A stretch of DNA of 23,913 nucleotides from a virus, in the IMG/VR virus record IMGVR_UViG_3300009502_000203, positions 1-23,913 of that record. One strand, 5' to 3'. The notes below the pieces were generated by a model. That model saw only the letters and a program-made list of their open reading frames with translations, made no database searches and was not told the origin of the DNA. Made by a program: the position numbers and the translations under genes. Positions 16,407 to 23,913 of this stretch are shown here, one piece after another (position 1 is the stretch's first letter; every line of letters starts with the position of its first letter).

Positions 16407-16718
16407 TTATAAGATCTGTATGTTGTGGATGCAACCGGGGTGAAATAGGCCCTCCTCTCTTGCTTCTTCAATCGAGGGAAAGCCCGGCACATCCCCAGTC
16501 AAGCTCACCACCTGGCCGGCCCATTTCAGGCATACTGAGCAGGTGTTTCCTGAGTGTCCTTCTGTGATCCTGCACAATGTCATCCTTGCCTCTACCATGC
16601 CGTTTAGGTTGCCTTGCCGGAAGCTCTGGATAGTGGCCTCTGGCCCCAGGAGAGAGGCATAGCGGCCCATGTCCCACTTGTTGCCGGTCTTATCTACGAA
16701 TCCTGTTAGCTCGTCCAT
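16407..16718 (-). CDS. Minor capsid protein (Phage_min_cap2/MuF-like), C-terminal part, 103 aa
   Basis: GFVDKTGNKWDMGRYA, C..C..WAGQVVSL and GLFHPGCIH. Own GGAGG RBS 5 nt before ATG. Confidence 0.8.
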   Translation of the reverse strand: MDELTGFVDKTGNKWDMGRYASLLGPEATIQSFRQGNLNGMVEARMTLCRITEGHSGNTCSVCLKWAGQVVSLTGDVPGFPSIEEAREEGLFHPGCIHNIQIL

Positions 16719-17146
16719 GTGGGCCTCCCTGGTGCGGCCTTTTGCATAGCTGCTTTTAGGTGTGCAAGATTGTGCTGCTTGATCATATCATCAATCTGCC
16801 TGCCTACTACATCCACCACACCGGCCAGCCTGGAAAATGTACTCTGAGCCAGAACATCCATCGTTTGCAGGTGCAGCGGGCTTAATGATGTTGGGTCTAA
16901 ATTGCCCCGGGCTGCTCTCAGGCCGGCCAAATAACAGTCAGGTATGGCCTCCTCGACCCACTGCCGGGAGCCCGCCAGCAGTTCTGCTCTTATCTGCTTG
17001 ATTCGTGCTACTCTCAAATCATCTGGTCCGATGATAGACGATTGCAAAAGAATGCAATTGCATTCTCTCAGTAGCTCTCGTTCTGCATCCTCGAATAGCT
17101 TAATGAGACGTTGGGCCTGGGGGCTGGTGGGGGGAAACTCAGGCAT
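16706..17146 (-). CDS. Minor capsid protein, N-terminal part, 146 aa
   Basis: Follows the portal; helical (RLIKLF..AEREL, W...AIP..YLAG, LH.Q....LA). Overlaps the C-terminal ORF by 13 nt in another frame. Confidence 0.7.
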   Translation of the reverse strand: MPEFPPTSPQAQRLIKLFEDAERELLRECNCILLQSSIIGPDDLRVARIKQIRAELLAGSRQWVEEAIPDCYLAGLRAARGNLDPTSLSPLHLQTMDVLAQSTFSRLAGVVDVVGRQIDDMIKQHNLAHLKAAMQKAAPGRPTWTS

Positions 17147-18545
17147 TCTGCTCCACAGGCTGGACGGGCAGGACTGGTTGCAGCTTGATAATTGGCTCTG
17201 CCGGTGCTATCCTCTGTTGTGCACCCCGGATTCGTTCAAGCTCCTGGTTAAAGGCGTCAGATCCTTCTTTAAATCCCTGTAGCTCCAACTTGCGCTCTAA
17301 TGAGAGTGCCCCAAGCGAATCCCAGATCTGGGCTGCTGTAGCAGTTTCGATCTGATCTACCGGCAGGCCGTCTTTCAGGATGACGCTGATATTACTAATC
17401 TCGATTACAGGAGGATGCAACTGAGACCAGAGGTTCAGGACTTTTGGTATTGCCTTTTCCATGGCCCTGGCGTGCTTGTCCACCTGAGACATAGTTGGAA
17501 TGAGGCGGAAGCGCAAGGCTGTTCCGGATTCGGCTGTACCTGCATCTTTGCCAGCCAGTAGAACTCGGCTGAGTTGGAGCATCTGAAGTAATTGGTCCAT
17601 CTTTTGATCTATGGCAGCCTCAACATGGCCGAGCTGGGCGTCCCAGACCATGAGAGAAGGCGGTACGTCCCCCGGCATTGTAAATATGGGCTCCCCTGGT
17701 CGATAGACCCACTCTCCTAATCCGTGATCGAATACCTGGGCACTGTCCGGTATTACAGGAGTGGGTGCTGTGAAATTGCTCTGTACCGCGTCACGCTCAG
17801 AAAATGAGATTTCCAAAGACTCGATCAGAGAGAGGACCGATGGCTTGTAGTCCGAGCGCCCATAATATCGCTCGCTTGATAGCGCATTCTGAACATGGAC
17901 AATTAAGGTATCATCCACATCTGTTTTCTGGACCCCATTTTCTTCTATGACAATATCTGCGAAGGCAGGGAAGCTGTTGAGCACCAGAGGGCCACTTAGC
18001 TTTCCTCCCCTCAACTCAAATAATAGGTGCTGAATCTGACCCTTGCTGTGGATCGTGAACTTGATATATTCCAGCTCTTTGCCTTCGTCGTTCTTCTGCT
18101 TGAACTTGGCAAAGATCACAAAATGAGTTATGTGCTGAAGATATACCGGCGAGACCACCAGATACATGTTTTCGGGATTGATGATATAAATCCCCTGGTT
18201 AGTGACTTCATAAGCCGCATGACCGTATCTACTGGCATCGATTACTACTTGCGAGTCTGGCCGATCCGGGATAACTTTCATAGGAGTCTTGATTTCGATA
18301 GGCTTACCAAAGCAGAGGTTCAAATATGTGGTTGTGGCCAATTGTGCCCAGTCCAGGATGATCTTTGGCTTATGCTGCCTCTCTGCCGTGTCGGCCAGGT
18401 AAGCTGCATACCGAGGGAAAATGCTATCGTGCAGGCCGTTATAGATCTGCCTCATGAGCACATGCTCAGCTATGCGGTTGGCCTCATCTTCGTCTTTAGG
18501 CGGCCACTGTCCCCCATCTATCAGAAAGTCCAGGTTATTTAGCAT
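17139..18545 (-). CDS. Portal protein (SPP1 gp6-like), 468 aa
   Basis: Position after TerL, size, and motifs HVQNALSSERYYGRSDY and AGTAESGTALRFRL. Confidence 0.88.
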   Translation of the reverse strand: MLNNLDFLIDGGQWPPKDEDEANRIAEHVLMRQIYNGLHDSIFPRYAAYLADTAERQHKPKIILDWAQLATTTYLNLCFGKPIEIKTPMKVIPDRPDSQVVIDASRYGHAAYEVTNQGIYIINPENMYLVVSPVYLQHITHFVIFAKFKQKNDEGKELEYIKFTIHSKGQIQHLLFELRGGKLSGPLVLNSFPAFADIVIEENGVQKTDVDDTLIVHVQNALSSERYYGRSDYKPSVLSLIESLEISFSERDAVQSNFTAPTPVIPDSAQVFDHGLGEWVYRPGEPIFTMPGDVPPSLMVWDAQLGHVEAAIDQKMDQLLQMLQLSRVLLAGKDAGTAESGTALRFRLIPTMSQVDKHARAMEKAIPKVLNLWSQLHPPVIEISNISVILKDGLPVDQIETATAAQIWDSLGALSLERKLELQGFKEGSDAFNQELERIRGAQQRIAPAEPIIKLQPVLPVQPVEQNA

Positions 18546-18759
18546 CTGGTATCTTCCCTGCCTCTTCGATTATCTCTTGGTCATTCTTTTTTATGTCACC
18601 GTAACACTTTTGGCAGCTTAGGCGATCTGTTAAAATCGTGCTGCCGAGCTTGTTTGGCGTCACACCGGGCAGATAAGGTACTACCGGCGTGAACTCAACA
18701 ATTTTAACTGGCACAGGTAACTCTTTTCCTATATCACCCCCACAAAATAAGCACTTCAA
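18535..18759 (-). CDS. Small zinc-finger protein, 74 aa
   Basis: CLFC...CQKC; TTG start behind AGGAGG, immediately after the nuclease stop. Confidence 0.65.
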   Translation of the reverse strand: MKCLFCGGDIGKELPVPVKIVEFTPVVPYLPGVTPNKLGSTILTDRLSCQKCYGDIKKNDQEIIEEAGKIPDAK

Positions 18760-19431
18760 TTATCTTTTCCTCCTATCGTTTTTGTCTACTGTTCTCCTGT
18801 GCCTGCGAGAATACCTGTATTCTCCGTACCAGGCAGATAGAGCCAGGCACAAAACCAGGTCGTCATGTTCAGATTCCCGCCATGCTGAATAAGAATCATG
18901 GCCACTGGCGTTTATCTTGAGCTTGAGGTTGGTTAATTCTCCTTTCAGTGGCTCGGCTAGTGGCAATGCCTCCGCTACCTTAATTCGCTGTGACTGGTAG
19001 ATAGCCAGCAGGGCAAAGACCAGATCCCTTTTTGGTACATGGTAGCCCCCAATTACACGAGAGGGCGTATGGCCTGCTGTGATGGTAATTTCTATGACTT
19101 CCTTGTTTAGCGCAATCAGGCCGCTAGTGTCAGGTTTCATGAGTTTGGGATTGAACATATCACAAACCGGAGCCCCTACCCCAGTTTTATCAATGATTAG
19201 CAGGGGCGGTTCGCTGGCTTGCAGTTCCGGCTTTTTCAATAGTGCCTCGACCTTATCCACAATCAGGGGGTAAGGCATCCCTCGCACTCGTTCTAAGTAA
19301 GGTAGTTCATACTCGAATCTGTGCCTCGACTCCACAAATTTCTGATGCAAAATCCCCAAAGCTGTGTAGTCGTTGGCCTGGCCCAAATCCAGGCCGACTA
19401 AATAGCGATGCTCTTCTTTAGGCGATTGCAA
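18760..19431 (-). CDS. terL: Terminase large subunit, nuclease (RNase H-like) domain as a separate gene
   Basis: LVGLDLGQANDYTA, IIDKTGVG.PV.D and EHDDLVL.LAL catalytic motifs. Likely TTG 19431 behind GGAGG (track start 19464). Confidence 0.88.
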   Translation of the reverse strand: MQSPKEEHRYLVGLDLGQANDYTALGILHQKFVESRHRFEYELPYLERVRGMPYPLIVDKVEALLKKPELQASEPPLLIIDKTGVGAPVCDMFNPKLMKPDTSGLIALNKEVIEITITAGHTPSRVIGGYHVPKRDLVFALLAIYQSQRIKVAEALPLAEPLKGELTNLKLKINASGHDSYSAWRESEHDDLVLCLALSAWYGEYRYSRRHRRTVDKNDRRKR

Positions 19432-20227
19432 GAACTTGTACCTCCGAAGTAAACGCTTGTGCAACTATATCGTAACTGAAGAGCTGGCTATCCGTATCTG
19501 TAAACTGGTTGAAATATTCCTGTTTCCAGAACAGCTCGGGCATGCCATCGTCAAGCTCCTGCTGCAAGAACTCCCTGGAGATCCTGGGGCATTGGTGGGC
19601 ACTAATCTCGTACTTCTCCCAGCCTTTAGCTGTGGTCCAGGTGTCATGGAAATGGCCCCTCTTTCCAAAGGGCGTGGACATCATTATATACCGGCCACCT
19701 GAGACCGCCAACATGGGCGAGACTGAGCGTTTTAGGAGGTCATCCACCCAGGCCGCCTCGTCCTCCAGGAGGAGAGTTACGGCAGATTTACCGCGGGAGG
19801 TCTTAGCGGACCCTGGCCGAGCAATGAATCTGTTTCCATTGGCGAATTTGACGGCAAGCTTGGTGTCCGTATCCAGGTACTCGCTGGTCAGCTCCACTGC
19901 CTGGCGGAACTCGTCAAACTTCATCATTAGCTCGCCGGACTGGTCTTGAGAGGGAGCGATGGCCATTCCAAAAGACGGGCGCCTGTAAATGGACTCATGC
20001 AGGCCCAGGGCGGCGCAGATGGTGCTTTTCCCGCTTTGTCGGGAGCAGTTGAGGATAATGCGCTTTGCTCTGGACTGCAAAAGGTTAGCCTGCCAGGGGT
20101 CCGGTTTGATTCCCAGAACCTCCTTAATCCAGATGGCAGGATCGAGAGCATAAAGCAGGTCATCGCTATTTTTCCATTTTATCCTGTGTACCTGCTTGCC
20201 GCTCTTTCTCCTGCGCTTGAACGTCAT
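19418..20227 (-). CDS. terL: Terminase large subunit, ATPase domain as a separate gene, 269 aa
   Basis: Q motif PDPWQ, Walker A RQSGKST, Walker B LLLEDEA and coupling motif MSTPFG. Confidence 0.92.
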   Translation of the reverse strand: MTFKRRRKSGKQVHRIKWKNSDDLLYALDPAIWIKEVLGIKPDPWQANLLQSRAKRIILNCSRQSGKSTICAALGLHESIYRRPSFGMAIAPSQDQSGELMMKFDEFRQAVELTSEYLDTDTKLAVKFANGNRFIARPGSAKTSRGKSAVTLLLEDEAAWVDDLLKRSVSPMLAVSGGRYIMMSTPFGKRGHFHDTWTTAKGWEKYEISAHQCPRISREFLQQELDDGMPELFWKQEYFNQFTDTDSQLFSYDIVAQAFTSEVQVLAIA

Positions 20228-20775
20228 CCTCTGAGGTCCTTCAGAGCCTCAATGATCTTCTTTTGCACCTCTGGGTGGTCTTCAACTGCTTTCAGGATCG
20301 CTACTCTGGCATCCTCCCAGTCAGACATAGCCTGAGCAATAATTCCTTCTGCATCGTCCCCTGAAAGCTCCATCTCCAGTTTTGCTGCTTGAAAGAGTAT
20401 GTTCATCCCAGTTGGCCAGTAAACCGAGGCCGACCCCAGGGTTAAGGTGTGCTCGGACCCATCCGAGACCAGGAATTTATCACCTATATTCACTTCAAGG
20501 AGCTGCTTAGCTCTCTTCAGTCCCAGGTGCAGCACATCCAGAGTCTTTACCACTTCTTCGACTGCCTGGCCTCTGGCCTCTTCATGCTTCTGGGCCCTGA
20601 TATCTTTGGCATCCTTCACCAGTCCTTTTAATCCCCAGACCGCCACCTTGTAACGGTTGATTGTCGAGTAGAGGTTAGGGTTCCCTAGTTCCCTAGCTAT
20701 CGCCCTGGGACTTTTCTTGTCAGCAAATCCTTTCTCGATCAGGTCGATAAAAGGAGCCAGGGATTCGAATGCCAT
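20224..20775 (-). CDS. terS: Putative terminase small subunit (N-terminal HTH), 183 aa
   Basis: Directly upstream of TerL with ATGA coupling; HTH-like SPRAIARELGNPNLYSTINRY and a helical oligomerisation region. Confidence 0.6.
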   Translation of the reverse strand: MAFESLAPFIDLIEKGFADKKSPRAIARELGNPNLYSTINRYKVAVWGLKGLVKDAKDIRAQKHEEARGQAVEEVVKTLDVLHLGLKRAKQLLEVNIGDKFLVSDGSEHTLTLGSASVYWPTGMNILFQAAKLEMELSGDDAEGIIAQAMSDWEDARVAILKAVEDHPEVQKKIIEALKDLRG

Positions 20776-20793
20776 AGATATGTCCTTAGGTAG

Positions 20794-21078
20794 TGATGCA
20801 AAGAAATTCGTGATGCAGGACTGTAGTGATGCAAACTGATGCAAAGCAATTCGTGTGGCTGTGACACAATTTAGTATTCTGATTCACTGGTGCAAAATGA
20901 TGCAAGGTTAAGGCTTGCCCGTTTTAGAGGCTTCCCTTAAAATGTGCTGCTCAAGATGGATCAGGAAGTTGATGAGCTTGCGGATTGCTTTTACTCGCCA
21001 TGCTGTCGTAGCTGGCACCTTTGCACTCGTCTTGCAATCCGTTTGCATGCTTGCATCACTCTGCATCAATTTGCATCA
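20794..21078. repeat. Cluster of TGATGCA motifs: five direct and three inverted
   Basis: TGATGCA at 20794, 20811, 20827, 20837 and 20898; TGCATCA at 21052, 21062 and 21072 (10-bp spacing). Confidence 0.9.
20908..21066 (-). CDS. Possible 52-aa small ORF (MQSDASMQTDCK...AWRVKAIRKLINFLIHLEQHILREA...)
   Basis: Open frame with an amphipathic C-terminal helix, but no clear RBS, and it overlaps the motif array. Confidence 0.3.
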   Translation of the reverse strand: MQSDASMQTDCKTSAKVPATTAWRVKAIRKLINFLIHLEQHILREASKTGKP

Positions 21079-21127
21079 TAGCTCGACATTTACATCAGCC
21101 GGAACGGACTTTTCATGAAGAGATGTC

Positions 21128-21391
21128 TTATCCCTTCACATGTTTCAGCAAGCCCCAGATCATATCAAGAAGTGTACGAGCCGCTCCGTAGTTTGTTGCC
21201 TTCTCCAGGCAAGCAGTGATTTCCTCGGCGGTCACATTATCGTCATCTGTGACATTGTCCAGTTCTGTTGAACCCACAGCCACGGCATGAAGGCCAACCT
21301 TGAATGCACCCCAAGCAGCAGGGTTGGTCTTCTTCAATACGATGATTCCGTTATTAACCAGCAATGCGCCGGCATTTTCTATTGGTCCCAT
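21128..21391 (-). CDS. Hypothetical protein, 87 aa
   Basis: Co-oriented with the late operon; AAGGT RBS; protein-like composition. Confidence 0.65.
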   Translation of the reverse strand: MGPIENAGALLVNNGIIVLKKTNPAAWGAFKVGLHAVAVGSTELDNVTDDDNVTAEEITACLEKATNYGAARTLLDMIWGLLKHVKG

Positions 21392-21405
21392 GTTTCAAAC
21401 CTTCT

Positions 21406-21424
21406 CCCAGGGTTATACCCTGGG
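21406..21424. promoter_or_regulatory. 8-bp palindromic site/hairpin just upstream of the 87-aa gene RBS
   Basis: CCCAGGGT-TAT-ACCCTGGG. Confidence 0.55.
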
Positions 21425-21649
21425 CAATTCTGGGCTGAAGTCCGGAAAAAGGATAATGGCAAGTTATTATTAGAGAAAACCAGGCTTCAGCTATCCAGTG
21501 AGTTTTAAAAGCAAGACCGCCCAGAGGTAAGACGGAGGCCCTGAATAGATCTTTTCTAGCGCACAACCCCAATGCTTTACGGGTAGGAAAATATGTTTAT
21601 AAAATTGTGCTGAATAGAATTGGCACGATAATCGCTATGAAGAGCCACA

Positions 21650-21943
21650 TTACAGAGGCAGTCCGCGAGCCATGCGAAACTCAATCCGATTTTTCTTGTA
21701 GTGATCCCTCAGAACAGAGAAATGAGTGCCTCTGCCCCAGACATTACGGCGCTTGCGGTAATCGATTTTGCGCTTCCCCTCAAATTTGAGCACTCCAGCG
21801 ACCTGCAAGACCTTAGCTATGCCCTGGGTCGGAAGACCCAACTCTATGTAATCGGCCTTTTCCTGACGCTCCATCAAGAGCGAATCAAGGTCAGCGCCAG
21901 CGTCCGCTAGCTTTCGTAAAGTATCCTTTGGCCTGAAAGACAT
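21650..21943 (-). CDS. Basic hypothetical protein, possible nucleic-acid binder, 97 aa
   Basis: GAGGT RBS; Arg/Lys-rich C-half. Confidence 0.65.
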   Translation of the reverse strand: MSFRPKDTLRKLADAGADLDSLLMERQEKADYIELGLPTQGIAKVLQVAGVLKFEGKRKIDYRKRRNVWGRGTHFSVLRDHYKKNRIEFRMARGLPL

Positions 21944-21952
21944 AAAAACCTC

Positions 21953-22147
21953 TTATTTCTGTTTTGCCAACTCTGCAGCCTTTTCCCAATCTTCCGGCGT
22001 TGGGGCTCGTGGGAGGTAGAGAACAGAGCCGGAAGCTTCGCCCATCTCTTCGGCATAGATCTCCTCCAGCTCTGGATCATCCGCAATCATGGCCTGCAGC
22101 TCCCTGTCGAGCTTGGCCATCTCACTGAAGATCGTCTCTACTTCCAT
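21953..22147 (-). CDS. Acidic hypothetical protein, 64 aa
   Basis: Co-oriented and closely spaced; helical acidic sequence. Confidence 0.6.
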   Translation of the reverse strand: MEVETIFSEMAKLDRELQAMIADDPELEEIYAEEMGEASGSVLYLPRAPTPEDWEKAAELAKQK

Positions 22148-22169
22148 TAAAGAACATATCTGAGCTTCA

Positions 22170-22469
22170 TTATTTATATATTATTCTGCCTGTCTTTTGC
22201 GCTTTCAACCTCCTGTATTGCTCAATATCTTGCCGTGATCTCCTCTTTGGCTGGGCCTTGAAAGGTTCATTGCCACAGCTAGGACAATAGGGAAAATCTA
22301 GCTCGTCGAAAACTACGTCCCCCTGCTTGCAATGCGGGCACTTTCTGGGCCGGAAGATGGTGATATCCTCAAGCACTACCTTTTCAAAGCCCCAGAAACG
22401 ACCAGCTTTGCCTCCATGATATTCGGTGGCAAGTCGTGTCCCAGGCTCCCGGAGGGGCTCAAGAAACAT
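22170..22469 (-). CDS. Zinc-ribbon protein, 99 aa (possible late transcription regulator)
   Basis: CPHC...CPSC followed by a basic tail; TTTAAATA box ~75 nt upstream. Confidence 0.7.
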   Translation of the reverse strand: MFLEPLREPGTRLATEYHGGKAGRFWGFEKVVLEDITIFRPRKCPHCKQGDVVFDELDFPYCPSCGNEPFKAQPKRRSRQDIEQYRRLKAQKTGRIIYK

Positions 22470-22577
22470 CGATAGGGTCCCCCGAAAAGAGTCTGCTCAC
22501 GAGCTGAGAAGCCTGAACATTATGCAAAATTGTAATTCTTATTATATTTAAAGATTTGTAATAAGAGGATGTCCAAT

Positions 22578-22847
22578 TCAACACTGCACCCCCAAGCATT
22601 TCTCAGATAGATCGGCATGGAGGGGCTCCACCTGATCCATGAAGGCCTTGGATAAGTCTTCGATATCGCTATCTAGCCCTTGAAGGTGCATCATGCGGGC
22701 CATCTCGGCCATGACCATGAAGCTCATCCTAAGATCTGAGGGAACGCTATGCATGTCATATTCGTCTTCCCTGAGACGGCCTGTGATCTCTACCAGAGCG
22801 GTCCTGGTGCTCTCCAATGCCGCGGAGCAGGGGCGACACATCCTCAT
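22578..22847 (-). CDS. Hypothetical protein, 89 aa
   Basis: Perfect GGAGGTGA RBS with 4-nt spacer; N-terminal CRPC. Confidence 0.7.
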   Translation of the reverse strand: MRMCRPCSAALESTRTALVEITGRLREDEYDMHSVPSDLRMSFMVMAEMARMMHLQGLDSDIEDLSKAFMDQVEPLHADLSEKCLGVQC

Positions 22848-23011
22848 GCTGTCACCTCCTGGGTCTCGACAGTCACCAGAACACGTTTTCCAATGGCTCC
22901 TTCCAGGAACTGGTTTGTGTCTCCGAGGGAGCCGGGCACATTCAGGCAGAAATGAACTGTGCCCATCATGCCGAAACTGGTCTGGAGAGTTCCTGCAAAC
23001 TCTTTTCTCAC
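22844..23011 (-). CDS. Small hypothetical protein, 55 aa (not in ORF track)
   Basis: (M)RKEFAGTLQTSFGMMGTVHFCLNVPGSLGDTNQFLEGAIGKRVLVTVETQEVTA; GTGA and ATGA overlaps with both neighbours. Confidence 0.6.
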   Translation of the reverse strand: MRKEFAGTLQTSFGMMGTVHFCLNVPGSLGDTNQFLEGAIGKRVLVTVETQEVTA

Positions 23012-23094
23012 GCGGTCGCCCCCATTAAAGCGGCCTTTTGCCTAAGCTCAAGATTCTCAGCGCTTAGGCTATTGACACCCACAATATGGCACAT
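23008..23094 (-). CDS. Possible 28-aa peptide
   Basis: MCHIVGVNSLSAENLELRQKAALMGATA; GGTGA RBS; stop overlaps the next GTG. Confidence 0.4.
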   Translation of the reverse strand: MCHIVGVNSLSAENLELRQKAALMGATA

Positions 23095-23357
23095 CTCGCT
23101 TCTCACCACACTACTCTGCGATATATTCCCGGTGAAACGTCATCTACAGAAGGGAACATGTTCCTGCCCGGCGCCCACACGCCAGGCAGAAACGAAGACG
23201 CATCTCACCTAATTATCGAACAAATTACGACTATTTAAATATTGTAGCAGTAAGTCTGATCAACTAGACCTTAGTTTTGATCAAGTAAAAATTTGTAAAT
23301 AGTGGCAAATGACCTCTACATTCTCCATGTTATCGATTTTCTTGAATATCATCTTTT

Positions 23358-23913
23358 CTATCCCTTCTTCATCTCAGCCAGATCATTGATAATCTCGACG
23401 TACTGCCGGACCAGGGATTTACTCATCTCCAGCTCCGAAGCGATATTCTCCGCAGGAATCCCATCTCCATGAAGCTTTAGAACCTTTTTGTAACCTTTGA
23501 TGTACCTATCGCATGCCTCTTCGCTATGGGAAGTTCTCCGCGCGATCTCAGGAGTAGGGATGTTCCTAACAAACTGCTGGATGATTATCTTCTTGTGAGT
23601 TAACGTTGGACCAATATCATGAATAGTCCCACGATACGGCAGGATAACCCCGCGCTCCAGTTGGAACTCTCTGATGTCCTTGCCAATAGTGCCTGCACTC
23701 ACTCCGATCAAGAGACTCACATCAGCTTGATTCAGAACTCCATCCTGCTCATATGCTTCACGAAGTAACCTGGCAACCTTACACTTGCGTATCTCTTTGG
23801 CAGAGTAACCATCAAGCCTCAGCTTCAAGTCATCCTGGTTAGCGATGGACAAAATAACCGGAACCATCTTGGTGTTCTCGATAGTCTTATTCCGTCCTGG
23901 ATATTCATCTTTA
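23358..23913 (-). CDS. DUF1670-family multi-HTH protein, 5' part outside the window
   Basis: RLLREAYEQDGVLNQADV, LPYRGTIHDIGPTLTHK and HSEEACDRYI are DUF1670 motifs. The frame is open to the window edge (KDEYPGRNKTIENTKMV...). Confidence 0.85.
   Translation of the reverse strand, partial: KDEYPGRNKTIENTKMVPVILSIANQDDLKLRLDGYSAKEIRKCKVARLLREAYEQDGVLNQADVSLLIGVSAGTIGKDIREFQLERGVILPYRGTIHDIGPTLTHKKIIIQQFVRNIPTPEIARRTSHSEEACDRYIKGYKKVLKLHGDGIPAENIASELEMSKSLVRQYVEIINDLAEMKKG

Larger units (their letters stand above)
9502..23203 (-). mobile_element. Provirus-like Caudoviricetes late/morphogenesis module; boundaries undefined and may extend left to ~1.1 kb
   Basis: Co-oriented, tightly coupled TerS-TerL-portal-minor capsid-scaffold-MCP-neck-tail tip genes in canonical order. 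No integrase or att site seen. Confidence 0.9.

Noticed and set aside
18027-18542. 171-aa plus-strand ORF, and similar antisense ORFs at 3117-3569, 12885-13355 and 19509-19949
   Set aside because: They lie opposite well-supported genes and have no recognisable motifs.
18760-20227. Intein or intron as the cause of the TerL split
   Set aside because: There is no inserted sequence; the two ORFs overlap and no splicing motifs are visible.
20794-21078. CRISPR or mini-array reading of the short repeats (also 3573-3614)
   Set aside because: Units are 6-7 bp without unique 30-40-bp spacers, and there are no cas genes.

Overview
This looks like an accessory island from a methanogenic archaeon, most likely Methanothrix-like. 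That host call is inferred from archaeal TATA boxes, GGAGGTGA/GAGGTG ribosome-binding sites (RBS), and the presence of TPR and DUF1670 proteins. The window has four parts. (1) Positions 1-624 hold a partial secreted Cys-rich gene that the ORF track missed. (2) About 1.1-5.1 kb holds two divergent operons: leftward SWIM Zn-finger, two small ORFs, ArdC and a hypothetical; rightward a small regulator and two small ORFs. Both promoters carry phased TTACGC hexamer arrays, and GC hairpins lie between them. (3) About 5.3-9.5 kb holds AT-richer cargo: two exported TPR proteins sharing a 95%-identical block, a frameshifted second copy of the regulator, and an ASCH gene flanked by ~60-bp direct repeats. 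(4) About 9.5-23.2 kb holds a minus-strand Caudoviricetes-type late module: TerS, a two-gene TerL, portal, a split minor capsid protein, scaffold, P22-like major capsid protein (MCP), neck proteins, a tail terminator fused to Y_Y_Y domains, a hub-like protein and a fibre-like protein. A partial DUF1670 gene ends the window. The main surprises are that the virion module has no recognisable tail tube, chaperone, tape measure or Dit gene despite clean gene junctions, and that the post-MCP decoration-type gene encodes a signal peptide and four N-glycosylation sequons. No integrase, replication gene, att site, tRNA or CRISPR array was found. All family assignments come from reading motifs by eye, with no database searches.
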